NCBI GenBank assembly: GCA_013239625.1
Contig: MU053594.1
Coordinates: forward strand, 398,355 to 462,354
Source of the DNA: Lama guanicoe
Taxonomy: Eukaryota
Direction: 5' to 3'
Length of the DNA stretch: 64,000 nucleotides
The translations under genes and the position numbers were made by a program. How positions within the stretch are numbered: the first letter of the stretch is position 1; the number at the start of each line of letters is the position of its first letter. Positions 38,521 through 53,013 of this stretch are shown piece after piece. Under the pieces are notes generated by a model. It made no database searches. It worked only from the letters and a program-made list of their open reading frames with translations, and was not told the DNA's origin.

Positions 38521-39829
38521 GTATGTGTCCCCAAGGCGGTGCTTTTTATGTTTTTGAAAAGTAAATATGATTTTTGAAAGTAAATATTATTTTAAAGTGA
38601 ATAAAAATGCCAACAATCTGCGTGAATGGAGGATGGGAGGTGAGTGAATTATGTCACAGGACCAGAGCCGTTGCCTTTTTATTTTGTGCTCTACTTTGCG
38701 TTCCTTCTCTGCCCTGTACTGACAAGCTGGGTTATCAGTGGTGCCCGGAGTCTGTGTTTGTAATATTTAGTTGAACTTCAGGATGCATTTCTCTCACTGG
38801 ACTTCTAGTAGCATCACATTTTGGGACTCTTGCTTTAATTACGGGAGAAGCAGAAATGAACCAAGTGCTGTTTTACATGTTTCGATGGGAAGAATCCCCA
38901 ACAACCTAGTTGATAAAAACAAACTGGGTTTAACGTAGGAAATGAATTTCACTCCAACTCAACCTGTTGGTTAGATCTTTATATATTCATCCTTGAAATA
39001 GCCAGTTTCTATGTTGCTTAAATCATTTTCTGGCTGTCATGCTATTCTGGTGTTTTATTATAACACTGTTGTTTTTACTCTATTTGACTTACCTTCTTTT
39101 TGCTTTTCTCAGTTGTCTTATTGAATAGTCAGATTAAGCTTCCTGTGTGGAAAAGATAAAAAAGAAATGACGCTATTGTTCATATGCCTTCCTGGCAGTC
39201 GTATACCTTATTTATATGTAAATATTTTTATATGTAAAGCAAAGAATTCTTTCTAGGTTTGACAGCAGAGAATAAAAAATGTTAAGACTTGCATAAATTA
39301 CAAAAATACAAGGTAGTTTTCTTCTTGTTCCTTCACTTGGGGAGATAATACACTCATTTTTATAAAATTATAAACAGTATCCAAGGATTGGAAGGAACTA
39401 GAGAGGTGATTCAGTCCAGATATCTCTGGTCATGTAACCAACCTGAGCACCTTTAGTGAGAGAGAACTCATTTCTTGAGGCATTCCATCCTACCTCTGGG
39501 CAACTCTGATTACTATGAAGTTTTTGTTTGTTTGTTTGTTTTAATTGTATCTCCTTTCAATATTAAATACTATGACCAAAATGCCCATTTTGGAAATTAA
39601 ATCTTTAGGATAGTTATTTTAAAAATATGTTCAAAATATATTGCCTTGAAATATCTGCTTTACTGATGCTATTTCTGCTGTGTGGAGCCATACAGAATAA
39701 GTCTATTTCTTATTATAGATGATGGACTTTCAGATTCTTCACAGCAGCTGTTGTTGTGTCTGCTACATCTTATCACCAATATAAAACTTCCTTCACTTTT
39801 TTTTGGAATGACATAAATGAGAATTTACC

Positions 39830-40900
39830 ATTTGATCAAAGTCACATTTTCAGTTTAATGGGACAGATAGTTTACTAAATAATGATGCTAGCAAAATTAG
39901 CTATATGGCATAAAACAAAGTTAGATTCCTGCTCCATACATCATACAGAAATAAATTCCAGATGAATTAAAGCCCTGTATGCAAAAGTGAAATGGTAAAA
40001 ATGCTAGAAGAAAATTTAGGAGAAGACTTGAATAGTCTCAGGAAACACACAATGCATAAAGGAAATGATTAGAAAATTTGACGATATATAAATGTTAAGT
40101 TCTATATAGTAAACAATACCATAAAGTCAAAAGGTAATAGTGTACTGGGAGGAAATATTTGTAATACATCTGACAGACAAGGAGGTAATATAAAGATTTT
40201 TTTTCCCACAGAAAAAGAGAACAATAGAAAACTAGGTTTAAAAAAAAGTATGAATAAACAATTTATGAAAGAAATGGTACAAATTGTTAATTAACCTAAA
40301 AATATGTGTTACTTAATTTCCCTAATAGGGGAATGGAAATCACACCATCAAGGTAGAACTTTCCACCCTTAGGGTTGACAAAAGACCTGTTTAAGATGTT
40401 TCTGGCAAGAAAATGGAAAGGTAGTCCATTGCTTTTGTGAGTGCTTTTTATAAAGTAATGTGAAGCTATATAGTTGTACTAAGATACGCATCTCTTGACC
40501 CAGGTATCCCACTTTTTCATTCCTTACAGAAGTGATACAAACAGTGTATATGTTTATATAAACAGTGTAACGTAAGGGAAAAAGAATACAAATGAAACTC
40601 TTAACATTGGTCACTAGGACACAGAAGGAAAGAGAGAGAGAGAAAGAGCAGCTTGTGGCTATGGAGAGGGAACATTTGGTTTCTTTCTTTATAAACCTTA
40701 ATAGTATTGGGTTGGTCACAACAAGCACATTTTGCTTTTGCCATGAATGATTTTCTAGAAAGTATAAGTTACTAAAATTTACCAAGAAGTAGAGATTCTG
40801 AACATACAATTAACTGTAGAAGGTTGGAAGGTTGTTAAAAGACTTGCCACTAAAAAGGCCACTATTAGGTACGTATGGTTTATGGCTAAATTCTAGGCAT
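39830..40900 (+). mobile_element. Old degraded LINE-1 (L1M-type) fragments
   Basis: A-rich tract with ORF2-like remnants (ataaattccagatgaattaaag, gggaggaaatatttgtaatacat); boundaries approximate. Confidence 0.55.
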
Positions 40901-43648
40901 TTTCTTTTTTTTTCAAATTACTTCACATGGTATTTTGAATTTATTTTCCTTTCTTTTAATTTCCAAAGTAATACTCATTAGAGGAAACTACAGAAGTATA
41001 TAAAGTGACACACTCCATGCCCTCCTGAATTCCACTCCCCAGAGTGTTAACACATGACTGATTTATATCTGAACAGTGCAATAAACTTACTTTCTCTGCA
41101 TCATTCTTTTAAAAACAAAGAGAAATATGGGTTCTCCTGGCCAGATATCCTTTGGAAATCATGTTTTAAAAAGCAGTAGACAGTTGAGGGGTTATCTGTG
41201 GCCTAGAAGTGAGAAAAGCATGCTGCCTATGCAGGGTTCAAATGGAGGGTCTTGATCCCAGCACTGTGACCAGATGAATGAGGCTCCTCAGATACCTTGA
41301 TAATGCTACTGTGGGATGTGTGAGCGCTTCAAAAATTCTGAAGGATTTCCATACCTTCTCTTTTGGTATTTTATTGGGAAACTTAGGTCAGTTTGCTCAT
41401 AAAAAGACCAACAATCTTAATCAGTCTTTTTTTTTTTTAATCTGTGCTTGGATGACATCAGTGACCATGCGCAGAGTAAGGAACACCAAAAATCTGTCCT
41501 CCATAAAAGCAATTAAAAACTGGCAGAATCAACTTTTTTGGAACTCTGAAAACTAACCAAAAGCTTGCATTTGTATTCTCCAAATTACAGATAATTCCTC
41601 TGTTAATCAAGCTCTTTTGGTCAATAGAAAAAGACAGATAAGTGCCTTAACTTTTTTAAAAAACAGTATAAAATTGACACCAAATTGTTGACACAGAGAA
41701 AACATATAGAATGATTTTACCAAGTCTGTTTATAGCTAGCCAAAGTTACAGGCTCAGATCCCATTAAGATCACATTTTTGGTTGGTCATTTAATTGTGAT
41801 TTCAGATGGCTAATTTTGTCAATTCTTTTTTGAGAGGAAACTTGACAATTCCCTAATGTATTTGTTGAAAATTTTCTCTTAATATTGTCTGCTTTATTAT
41901 CTTAAAATTTTTTTTTGCACAGCAAGCAAAGATTTGTTTTGCTTTGCTTTAGCAAGTTGCAGTTGCCATCCATTGTAAAATTTGTGGCCTGTTTTCATCT
42001 CTTTTTTTTCTTTACTGTTCCACTGGTTTCACTGGCTTCTGCATCTTTACTTGATTCTGTATCAATAGTATACCTTAGTTTTAAACTTAAAAATCTGTTT
42101 ATAGTTATTTTCTTAAACTACAAGAATATATCATAATCGAAATAAGGATTTCAATTTAACTGCATTTTGCAGTTCATGTAGATATCACAGTCATTTGTGC
42201 TGTATGAATAAAATATTCAAATAAGCACGTTATAATGTTACGTTGGTGTACAGGGTAAAAAAGTCGCTAGAGTGGAATGAATCTGTTTACACTGACTAGA
42301 TTGGTGGTGTGTTCATATTGGAATACTAGAAATGATAGATGTACCTGATGTGAGCACTGCAGTACAACGTAATAGCTTACGTGATGTGATGGTTAAAGTG
42401 AGGTGCAGTCTTATCAAAGCAACAAAAATTGTGTTTGAAAGCATTTTATGCTACTTCCTTTTTTTTTTTTAGTTTAAAGTTTTTATTCAAAAAATGTTCA
42501 GAGGCCGCATGTACCCTTCACCCAGTTTTCCCCAGTGTTAGCATCTTGTGTAACCACAGTATTAATTTCAAAACCAGCAAATTGACTTTGGTACAATTCA
42601 CAGAACTTACTCAGATTTCTCTCAGTTTTACCTACACTTGTGTGTGTGTGTGTGCGTGCACAGTTCTGTGCAGTTTTATCTCTTGTGTGGATTCATGTAA
42701 CTACCACCACATCAAGATACAGAACTATTCTGTCACCACAAGGCTCCCTGGGGCCACCTACCCCTCATAACCACCCACTCTTGCTTCCATTTTTACACTT
42801 CATTTGAAATTACTGAAAACTAAAAAAAATTGAGTTCCTGAGTCACACTAGCCACATTTCAAGTGCTCAGTAACAAAATGTGGCTGACTGCTACCAAATC
42901 AGGCAGTACAGGCCTAGAGTTCAGATGCTGTAACGTATCTCAAGGCTCTGAGATAATACGGTCATTTTCTTTTAAGGTTCTTATCCCCTAAGGTCTTCCT
43001 TGGTGAATCAGAACTAGATGCAAAAAAGGTGGTCCTGCTTATGGTCTTTCCGTCTACATTGGTCACTGATTCTTAAGTATTTAATTAATTAATAGTGTAT
43101 TCTAAATATAACTTCCTGAAAATGTGTTGGAAAATACCAACATAAAATATTACCATAGAAGAGATATTGAGGTACTCTGTTTCATCGACTAGATATTATG
43201 CTATAATGTAAGGGGTTTATTGATATTTTAGTTAGGCTAAACACTCAGATCCTGTGCAGAGATGGAAAAAACCTATGTTTATTCATTATTAAAGAGCTGG
43301 ATTTTATTCTAAACTAGTTTCAGTTTGGTGTGCAGAACTTCTGAAAGCTTGTCATAGAATCAGATGGGTAGATTAGCAGTAGATGATTATAATGTAGATG
43401 GCTTGATACCTTATTGTTAATAGAGAACAGGCAGTAATGCAGTGCAGACGATTTATCTGAGCAGTGAAAATAAAATAATAGTGTGTCATGCCGTGCCCCA
43501 CGTAGTCAGTTGAGACAGCGGTAGAATTAAGTGTGCTGTTTTCTTCCCCATCATCTTAGAATTAGGGGATTCTAGAAAACAAGGGAATTTGAGAGTATAT
43601 CTGGACCATGAATGGTTTCTTGTTTAGAACTTTTTGTTTTGAATTCAG

Positions 43649-43812
43649 ATTTGCCTCTTGATGCTGACCTAGAAAATGAGAAAACATCCAAGATCATATT
43701 GGCTGAGATGCTTGGTGACATGATCTGGGAGGACTTATCTGAGTGCCTCATTAAAAATTGTTTGGTTTATTCCATCCCGACTAACAGCAGCAAGTTACAG
43801 CAGTATGAAGAG
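43649..43812 (+). CDS. ZW10: ZW10 exon 8
   Basis: (D)[11 protein letters not shown]...[22 protein letters not shown]; 164 nt. Confidence 0.95.
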
Positions 43813-44133
43813 GTAAGAGCAGAGGGGTCGCAGAAGGTTTGAGGAGGCCATGGGTTCCCCTTGGTGGTGTTTGTTTACCTTGGAGATCTTTTGTTCTTTA
43901 GTGACATCTGCAAGAAAATTATGAAACGTGGAGGCAGATTCCCTGTAACTTCATTTCTATCCTGGCTTTCTACCTTTTGACTGGGAAAGTATGTTTTCTT
44001 ATTAAGTACGTTTTCTTAAGTAGGATACTTTTGGAAAACAATTGTTTTTATATTTGTATAGCTGTAGTAACTACTATGTGACACTTTACTTTCTGGTTTC
44101 TTTTTAGTGGTTCCTCAAACACTAAAATAAATA

Positions 44134-44449
44134 CAGTTGTTCCCCCTGCTTTTATTTGAGGCTAAGTTCTGAGATCCCCAGTGAAGGCCTGAACCCGTGG
44201 ATGGTACTGAACTATATATATCCATGCGTACTATGTTTTTTCCTATAATAACGGGCAGGTAGTGTGTATAGCTGGACAAAGGGGTGATTCATGTCCTGGG
44301 CGAGTCAGAGCAGGACGGCACAAGATTTCATCACACTGCTCAGAACAGCGCACTATTTAAAACTCATAAATTGTTTATTTCTGGAATGTTCCATTTAATA
44401 TTTTCAAACCATGGTTTACTGTGGGTAAATGAAACCAAGGATACTACTG
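44134..44449 (-). mobile_element. MER44-like Tigger MITE
   Basis: TA-flanked cagttg...tactg ends; internal agatttcatcacactgctcagaac...ttgtttatttctggaa resembles the recalled MER44 consensus. Confidence 0.7.
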
Positions 44450-44698
44450 TATATTTATTTTAAAGATTTTTTTCACCTTTACTCAGTAGAGTCAGAACTT
44501 TCTATTGAAGATGCTCTTTCAGAGAACTTAAGGCTAGAAAAATGTATACTATTTTTATACCTAGTAATTGGTGGTCTGTTCTAAAACTTAAATGATCAGC
44601 TGGTCCTTGTTCTTTTCTATACATTGGATTTGAAATTTTAATATTGAAATGGAATATATGTATATATGTATATTTTTTTTCATGTGTTTCTTTCTCAG

Positions 44699-44881
44699 AT
44701 CATACAGTCTACTGAAGAATTTGAAAATGCCCTAAAGGAGATGAGGTTTTTAAAAGGAGATACTACGGATTTGCTGAAATACGCCCGTAATGTCAATTCT
44801 CATTTTGCTAACAAGAAGTGTCAGGATGTGATCGTGGCGGCTAGAAACCTGATGACCTCTGAAATTCACAACACTGTGATG
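44699..44881 (+). CDS. ZW10: ZW10 exon 9
   Basis: [20 protein letters not shown]...[18 protein letters not shown]; 183 nt. Confidence 0.95.
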
Positions 44882-47579
44882 GTATGGGGGTGGTTATACG
44901 TTGTACGTAGGGAGCAGATCATTTTTGAGAGGATTATGGTGGAGTGGAAGAGCTGTGGCAGTTGCTGAGGTCACTGAGGCGAATTATTAATCTTCTTAAA
45001 CGTTTGTTTTCTCATTTTTAAAGTGGTCCTAACATCTACCTCTTTCATAGGTCATTGTGAGGTCCAGATAGGATAATGCACATAAAAGCATTGTGTAAAT
45101 TGAAAAAGTCTACATCAGTGTAATGGATTACACTGTTATTGAAATCAGACAGTGTGTTAGCCTGTGGATTTTTCTCAACATCATCACTTGAGTTTTTAGT
45201 ACACAGTTTTATGACTGATATGGTTACATGCAGAGATTATATCCTTTTGTGAAAATGTTGACTTCATCTCTTAGGCTAATGGAGACACTCGTTTTCAAGT
45301 AAAAATAATGAAATATACAAAAAGCTGTGATCTGTGTAGCGTATAAATAATTATCTGCAAAGTCAGTGGACTAATTAATTTGTACTGAGAGTAATTTATT
45401 CCTTTGACTTTAGATAATTCTGTGTACTTTTTTCTGTTTTTTTTAAATGTCTTACACACATAAAATAATATTTGGCAAATGTCAGGTGTTACTTAGATTA
45501 AAGCGTGACAGAGATTAAAGTCATCCCTTAACAGAAAAATGGCTGAGGAATTTTCTGTTGTCACTGAGAGCACTGAGCTCTTCTTCCCTCTACCCCTTCT
45601 GCCATCCCCCATTTCCCTTGGGGATACCCTGCTATTGTGTCCACTTAGGCAAAATATTTAACTCTCCATTCGAAGTGCTTAGATGTTAACACATTTTGAG
45701 GTAATTTGGGGGTTGTTAAGGGAGCTGAAATGCACTCAGTACTGGGGACTGGGCTGCACATTTTTGTATGTAAATATCACTTATGTCACGTTTCTGCGCA
45801 AAATCCAGTGGCTCCCATCTCATTCAAAGGAAGCCCTTCCAGAGGCCTACAGGATCTTCTGTGCTGTGTCCCCATGTCCGCTGTCTGACTCTGTCTCCTA
45901 GTGCATCCCTCTTCCACGTACTCTGCCCCGCGCACTCAGTGCCCGGCGCATGTGGCTGCACAACTTCCGAAGCTCTTTTTCTCTCCGTTTGGAATATTAC
46001 CGCAGACACCTACGTGACTCGCTCCCTCTCCTGACCGCTCTTTTTTAAAACTGTGACCTCCCCTTATTTCTTATACTCTTTCCTTGCTTTATTTTTCTTC
46101 ATATCCCTTACTAGCAATAAGCGTTCTGTGTGAATTTTTTAGTTCCTCCCCTCTAGAGAATAAGCTCTATGAGGACGGAGCTGCTGCTTTTTTTTTCCTG
46201 CTTTGTTTACTGTTGGATCTCTAGCATCAGGAGAATGCCTGGCGTGCACTACTGTGGGCTTAGTGCTTAGCAAATGTTTGGTAAATGAAAGTAACATGTA
46301 TCTCATTGGCTCTGTCGTAACTCCTTGATGTAAAGAGGATTTTTACTAGATTGCTCTGTGACTCTGGGCTAAATCTTTTAACCTGTTGAATCTCATTTCC
46401 TCCTCCGTAACGTGACAGAATTGAACTAGGTAATCTCTGAGCTCCCTATTCAATTAGTTCTCACATTCTGTAGTGTTGTATTTTTCCCCAAGTACCCAAA
46501 TCCTAATAATGTATCTTCCTCTAGATCAGGGTTTCTCAACACTGTCGCTGTTGACATTTGGGGCCAAATAATTCTTCGCCATAGGGGCTGTCCTGCAGGA
46601 TGTTCGGTAGCATCCCTGATCTCCCCACCAGATGCCAGTAGCATCTCTCCTGGTTGTGATGCTTGTGTTCTCATTTAAACTTCCTGACATTCCTATGAAG
46701 TAGATGTGATTTTACCATTTAGCAGATTAAGAAGGCAAGTCTGATGACTTCAGTGATTAGACTTGAAACTTTTTCTATCAGGAATTTTCCATAGAAGTCA
46801 ACACATGCAGACAGAGCTGCTCTTCTTGCAGTAGGAGTGGGGAGCCCGCCGCTTCCACCTCCTTAATCATTCCCCCTTTCTTTTTGGCCCCTGAGGCAAC
46901 TTTGAGAAGCAAGTTTTGAAAACCCTTATTGTAGTGCAATTTCTTCACATAACAATGAGAAAGTTGAGGTCCAGAGAGGTTAAATGACTTTGTTAAAAGT
47001 TAGGGTTAAAAAATATCACTGATGTTTCCAGACTGGAAGTCTAGTGTTCTTTCCTTTAGTCTTGACCAAGTCAGGGAATTCTCATTCTGTATAAATGTTA
47101 GGGAGGCTTTTTTGGTTTGGGTTTGAAATTTTGTTTTTAAGAATAGGATAAGCTAGCGTGAATGTGTTGTTTCTTTGACCAAGCCAACACAAGTAATTTG
47201 TTTAATGACAGTGGAACACAAAAGCGTACTGCTGTGCAGTAATCCAATAGTCTGGTCTGAGAAAGAATTTTTGAAGGTCCTTTCATTTACCCAAAATCTT
47301 GGGCCAGTTTCACAGCTCTGCTGTCTCCACCGAGAGTAAATGTGCACAGAACTAGAAGAATGGCGCAGTGAAAGGACTTGTTTATTTCTTATAACGTGCT
47401 CTCCCCCAAGATTGAGCAGGTCATTAAAGGACGGCCATATTTACTCAGCTCTTCCAGCCACTCTCTAGAGCAACAGCGTAAGCATCATGGAAGCAACCAG
47501 TATCTTATTCCTCACTGTATGCTTGCATTTGAATTATTTTGAGGACAATGCATTTTCTGTCTTTCTGTCTGAATCTTAG

Positions 47580-47818
47580 ATTACTCCTGCCTCTAAGGTA
47601 AGTGTGCCAGACCTTCCTAGTCCTGATGAGGATGACAAGCTACAAGTTCAGAAAGTGTCCATAACTCAGTACAACGAAGTGGTGAATCTGGAGCCTGAAA
47701 ATTCATTGGACCAGCATTCTTTTTCTTTGCCCACGTGCCGCATCAGTGAATCTGTGAAGAAATTAATGGAACTTGCCTATCAGACTTTACTAGAGGCAAC
47801 GACCAGCAGCGATCAGTG
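47580..47818 (+). CDS. ZW10: ZW10 exon 10
   Basis: [21 protein letters not shown]...[27 protein letters not shown]; tcttAG / GTG|GTATGA; 239 nt. Confidence 0.93.
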
Positions 47819-49821
47819 GTATGAGTTCTGAGTCGTCTGCAAATGGCAGTGACTTGGGTAGATGCGTACGTAAGCTAGACATTTATTAAGAAGATTAGCT
47901 GGAATTCTTTGGGTTTTCATATCCTGTTAGTTAATTTTTTTTCCCTAGAAAAACAGTACAGCACACAGACATGTATTGATAATTTACTTTCATTTACAAT
48001 AACATATAAATCTTACAGCAAGGTATGAGAAATAAAAGCATGTGTATGGATGGACAGATGTTAAAAACTGTCAATCACTTTTCACAAAAGCTCATTAATT
48101 TTTATTTACTTTTAACTTTTTATTCGACTTAGATGATATTACATGAGGAAGCACTTGTAAAGAACTTAGAATGCTGCCTGGGAAATAACTAATACTCAGA
48201 TGTTCATTGGCGGTGGTGGTAACAGTGATTGTTGTACCGTCTGTTTTAGCATGCACTGGCCCTTTCCTTAACCTTCATTTTACCTTTGGAAATCTAAGCC
48301 CTAATTAATTTACATTTTAAATACCAGTTTTGAAGCAAGAATAGTTTGGTGAGCAGCCAGCCAAAGGTAGAAGGAAAGGAGTGGAATGCACCAAAGTTCT
48401 GATCTCTCCCTTTCAAGGTTTCTTCCAGTCAGCATTGTATCCAAACTCTAGATGTGCCCAAACTCTATTCCACATGCTTCCGCATTTGTACTGAATCTCT
48501 TTTTGTTTAGGAAGCTCCTCCCCTACTCCAGAGCTAAATTGAGGAGAAAATGGTAGGCTGTAGCCCAAGTTGATTATAAAACAGATTTACAAAACCTTAG
48601 TTTGAATCTGTGTGTAGTAATTTTTTTACTTCTCATCCTCATAGTGGGAAACAGTTTCAGTTAGGGCCTGACTTAATCAAATTGTGTCTTCAGATGGACT
48701 CCCGGAGTTTCAGTTTTTATCTCCATGTAAAAACTAACCCCTTTATTTTATTCTTCTCTAAAAAGAACATGTTTACCAAGATACTTGCATGATTTTAATG
48801 AATCATTATATTCACAAGTCCATCCAGTTTTAAATAAAAACAGGAAAAAAAGGTACAAGTAGAAGGAAATATATACTCCTTTGGCAAAATAAATGTAGGC
48901 ACGACTGTTTCTTTACATGACATTCACCTGAAATATACCAGACCAGAGTTAGGGAGTCAAGGCGACTTTTCCTAAGAGAACCCCAAACAATATTTTTGTA
49001 TACTGAGTGTCTGTGGACAGTCTTTCCCCCGCCAAAAATAGTTTTAACATGACAAGCAAAAACAAAACTACACTACAACAACCTATTTCCCTATTATCAA
49101 ACGTCAAACAGCAACATATGCAACAAAAATAGTCAGGTATCACAATCAAGTCATAACAGTGTTTTGGGGTATAATAGCCATTATTTTTAAAAACTATGAA
49201 ATTCCTGTGACTCGTTCAAGATACATAGTTGAAGATACGTAGAAGTAAGCCACAAAAACCTTATATTTGTTCTTTCTAAGTGCATTTTAATAATAATCTT
49301 TACATGTTCTAAGGCCAAATTTAAAGGGCAAGAAAACTTGAGGTTAGATTCTGTGCTAGAAATGTTGATTCATCTCCTTGCATTGGGGGGAGCAGGAGAA
49401 AAGGTGGAAGCTGAAAGACGGGCTGGTTCTGGCAGCATCAGTGAGCCCCTTTATTGATAGCTTGCCCTTTGCAGAGTACATCAGTGGGCAGGTGGCATTT
49501 GCTCGAGGCTTAGCTCCATTTGTAACTGCAGGGATACTCTGGGTACTGGCAGAACACAAATTGATAAATGGAAAAGAGGCTTTGGGTTGAATGCTGCTAT
49601 TCTTAAAATTATTAATGGGTCCAGGTTTTTAGAACTGAAGTCTAGTTCAGTCTTAGTAAAACTGGTTGAGAATGTATTTCCATCTAGATTAATGTGTTTT
49701 CAGCAGTGACCGAGGCAGTTTTAGCCGATGACTCTCACTTAAGGTGCATTTAATTTGATTTTTTTTCCTCATTACCAATATATCCTTCTGCATTTCTGTT
49801 GAAACCTTGTTTTCCTTTCAG

Positions 49822-49893
49822 TGCTGTTCAGCTTTTCTACTCAGTGAGGAATATCTTCCATTTGTTCCATGATGTTGTACCAACATATCACAA
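49822..49893 (+). CDS. ZW10: ZW10 exon 11
   Basis: (C)[25 protein letters not shown] / CAA|GTAAGT; 72 nt. Confidence 0.95.
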
Positions 49894-50220
49894 GTAAGTG
49901 CCACTGTATCTGACTTCGGTATAATATTGTAGGTCTGAAGTGTTTGTAAGTCAGGTTAAAACCAGTGATTTTATATTCCCACCAAAGATAATTGGTTACT
50001 AAAATTCACAATAAAATGCAGTAAACCATTTAAAATACAGGTTTAAAGGGCATTGCTCATTTATTAATAAACTAATAAGGATACTATAATCTTGCATGTA
50101 GTAGGTGATACAGATTTAAAAACTCAGAAGAGCTTTACCCTGTTTTTGATGGTGGGTATTTTCAGAACTGCCTCACTTCACTTAGTTACAAAATAAAGAG
50201 GTCGTCACTCCATATTGCTA

Positions 50221-50260
50221 TCCAGTAGACACGCCACGTTTCCAGTAGACATGCCACGTT
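50221..50260. repeat. 20-bp tandem duplication
   Basis: tccagtagaca(c/t)gccacgtt twice. Confidence 0.9.
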
Positions 50261-50878
50261 TCCCCTTGGCATTCATAGCTTCACAGACTTAATACCATGA
50301 GAGATCGCTGTTTAACTGTCCATCAGCCACTCTTCCTGGCTATCTTAGGTATTTGCCTTATGTCTTGGATTTTAAAAGTTTCTTTTCATATTAATCTGAA
50401 AAGGTTCTCATAACATTAAACCTCCAGGAGTTCTCTGTTTTCTAAATTAAGTGTTTTGGATACCTTTTATAAATGTTTTAAATAATGTGTCAACAAAACT
50501 ATTCCTTAATCCAGGACCCTGGTTTCAGAGAAGAGCCCCGTTTATTATTTGGAGTATTTTTTGATTCAGATTTTTTTTTTGAACAATTGAGGTATTTTTA
50601 AGGAGGCCTAGCTATTGCTTTTGTTCTAAAAGACAGCTTGTTTACTGTGAACCTTATTATTTTTATTTGTATTCTCTTTGCTGCGATTTACAATTTTTAT
50701 TTCACTTTCTGCTTAGTCAGGTAAAGGGAAAGAGAAATCATCTTCCCGTCAGTTAATCGCCGTATCTTTGTAGATTCAGAGACAGTTGGCTTAGGAGTTT
50801 CTGTGCTTTTTCAGACGACTGTGGAGTTAGGTTTGTTTCTCTCTTCCCTTTGTGTGACCTTGGAACTTTATGCTGGAC

Positions 50879-51060
50879 CAGTGGTTTATAAACTTCAGTG
50901 TGTATCAGAATCACCAGGAGGCCTTATTAAAATGTAGATTGCCAGATCCCATAGCAAGGTTTCTGATTCGGTAGACCTGGGATAAAGCCTGGAACTTTTA
51001 ACAAATTTCTAGGTGATGCCAGTGTTGCTTGTCAGGGGAGCCACACTTTGAGAACCACTG
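50879..51060. mobile_element. MER5A-like hAT MITE (more MER5-like relics to about 51600, also about 15720-16130 and 19467-19620)
   Basis: Terminal inverted repeats cagtggtt...aaccactg and internal atcagaatcacc. Confidence 0.75.
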
Positions 51061-51990
51061 CTCTAGGTTCGAGCTCTCAGCTTTGGCAGGATTTCGGACT
51101 GTCTTAGGGAACTTTGAGAACATGCATATATTTGCTTAGGCCCTACCCCCTAGAGATTTGGATCTATAGGTGGGGTGTAAGAGCCACACATCTGGTTTTT
51201 TTTCTGAAGCCCTACAGTAATTCGGATCTGTATCCCAAAATGAGGACCATTGTTCTAGATTGCTAGTTTCTGACATTGTATATTCTAGCCTGACATTGAA
51301 TCAGCAAACCACAAGGTGTTAATTGTATGGCTGCTAGTTGATATGTAGCAGAAGTAAGTATAAGACAGGCTCTCTCCCCAGGCTGGGTAGGTAGACTGAT
51401 ATGTGCAGAAAAATTAGAGCAGGGATTTTTGATCTTCTATGAAAATTAAAATCTGGAAAGATTTTAAAACATATTAATGCCCTGGCTTCATTCAGAGTTT
51501 GTGATTTAGTTTGTTTGGGGCGAAGTCTAAGTGAGCATCTATAGATTTTAAATTTCTTGGGTGACTCTAATTTCTAGCCACGTTTGAAAACTAGTGAATT
51601 AGAAAATAGTTCAAGTACTTCTTTATATAAATGAAATAGGAATTTGGAGAAAGTTTCCACAGACTTACCAGTGTTAAATGTCAAGGGAATTATTGTGCAC
51701 AGCTAGGCTAGGTTGGTACAAAGAGCTGACACAGGTAAACATCCTGATTCCCTTGCTCTTTCTTTTTCATTAATCATGGGGATAGTTTTATAGGAGAAGG
51801 TCCCATGCAGGCAGAACAGCTTCACTGATTGAACGGGAGTGGGAGTGATGAGGTTACATCTTGTTATGTACAGCATTTATACAGTAGACAGTGATTAACG
51901 CCTGGAAATACATTAGAAGAGTAGACTTCCCATCAACCCCACCTTCTGTAACGTGATTTATGTCTTGTCCTCCGCCTCCTCCTGATTTAG

Positions 51991-52160
51991 GGAGAACCTT
52001 CAAAAACTGCCTCAGCTGGCCGCCATTCACCACAACAACTGTATGTACATCGCTCACCACTTGCTGACCCTCGGGCATCAGTTCCGATTCCGTCTTGCCC
52101 CCATTCTGTGTGATGGCACCACTACTTTCGTGGATCTTGTACCTGGCTTCAGGAGACTCG
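51991..52160 (+). CDS. ZW10: ZW10 exon 12
   Basis: [31 protein letters not shown]...[11 protein letters not shown]; 170 nt. Confidence 0.95.
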
Positions 52161-53013
52161 GTAACTGATACCTTAAATTCAGGAAACCATGTGGATTATG
52201 CAGCTTCTCAGACTAGCATCTTTGTAATCTGTGAATGAGGCGGTTGGAAATTAGGTGGTGGTCCTGAGCCATACTGCAGAGTGGGAGGGCATTTAATGTC
52301 CAGGTGTCCTCCGTTACTCAGCTTTACGAAGTGAATGCAGTCTTTTGAAAGCGTTACTTTTTCATGACATGATTTCATGGTGCAGTAGAGTTCCCAGCTT
52401 CATCGCTGGTGTGTAGTGAATTCAAATCAGAGTTATGTCAGTGGAGTGACACACAATAAGGTTAGTGTAGTGACAATTCTGTTAGCACTGCCAGTGAGAG
52501 CGCACTAATGTCAGTGCTGATTTGTTTGCAAAACCTCAACTGAACTCCCTTCTCATCTACCTCCCTTAGCTTTACTTGGGATTATTAAAAATTAAAATAA
52601 ATGAAATGTGGGGTCAATCAACATGTTGACTATAATGATAGACTAAGAAAAGCAGAGACTCGGTGTGATTTACTTAGCTTTTCAATTCCTGACTTTTCCC
52701 TTAGGTGGTATACATATATCAGAAAAAAAAAAGCAATTGCTTCTTCTGTATAAGTCATTTTTCTTATCTGACTCTGGACAAACTGTTGGAAGAGACTCAC
52801 TGTCCTGAGGGCAGGTTTGGAGGGACTGCCTAGTGTATCAGAAGTGATGCTTCTGCTAACCTTAGGGCCACGTTCCAATGTTACCTAGCGAGCAGGTGTT
52901 TCCAGATAAGCAGGAAAGGTACATGTGGTTCATGTCTGTCTTGTCTCTTCTCCCCTGGCTTCACAGTGTGTAACTGAACAACTTTTAGAATTCTTTATTC
53001 TGTTTTCTCATAG

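Noticed and set aside
40369..40809. 146-aa minus-strand ORF
   Set aside because: Lies in degraded L1-like, low-complexity intronic sequence
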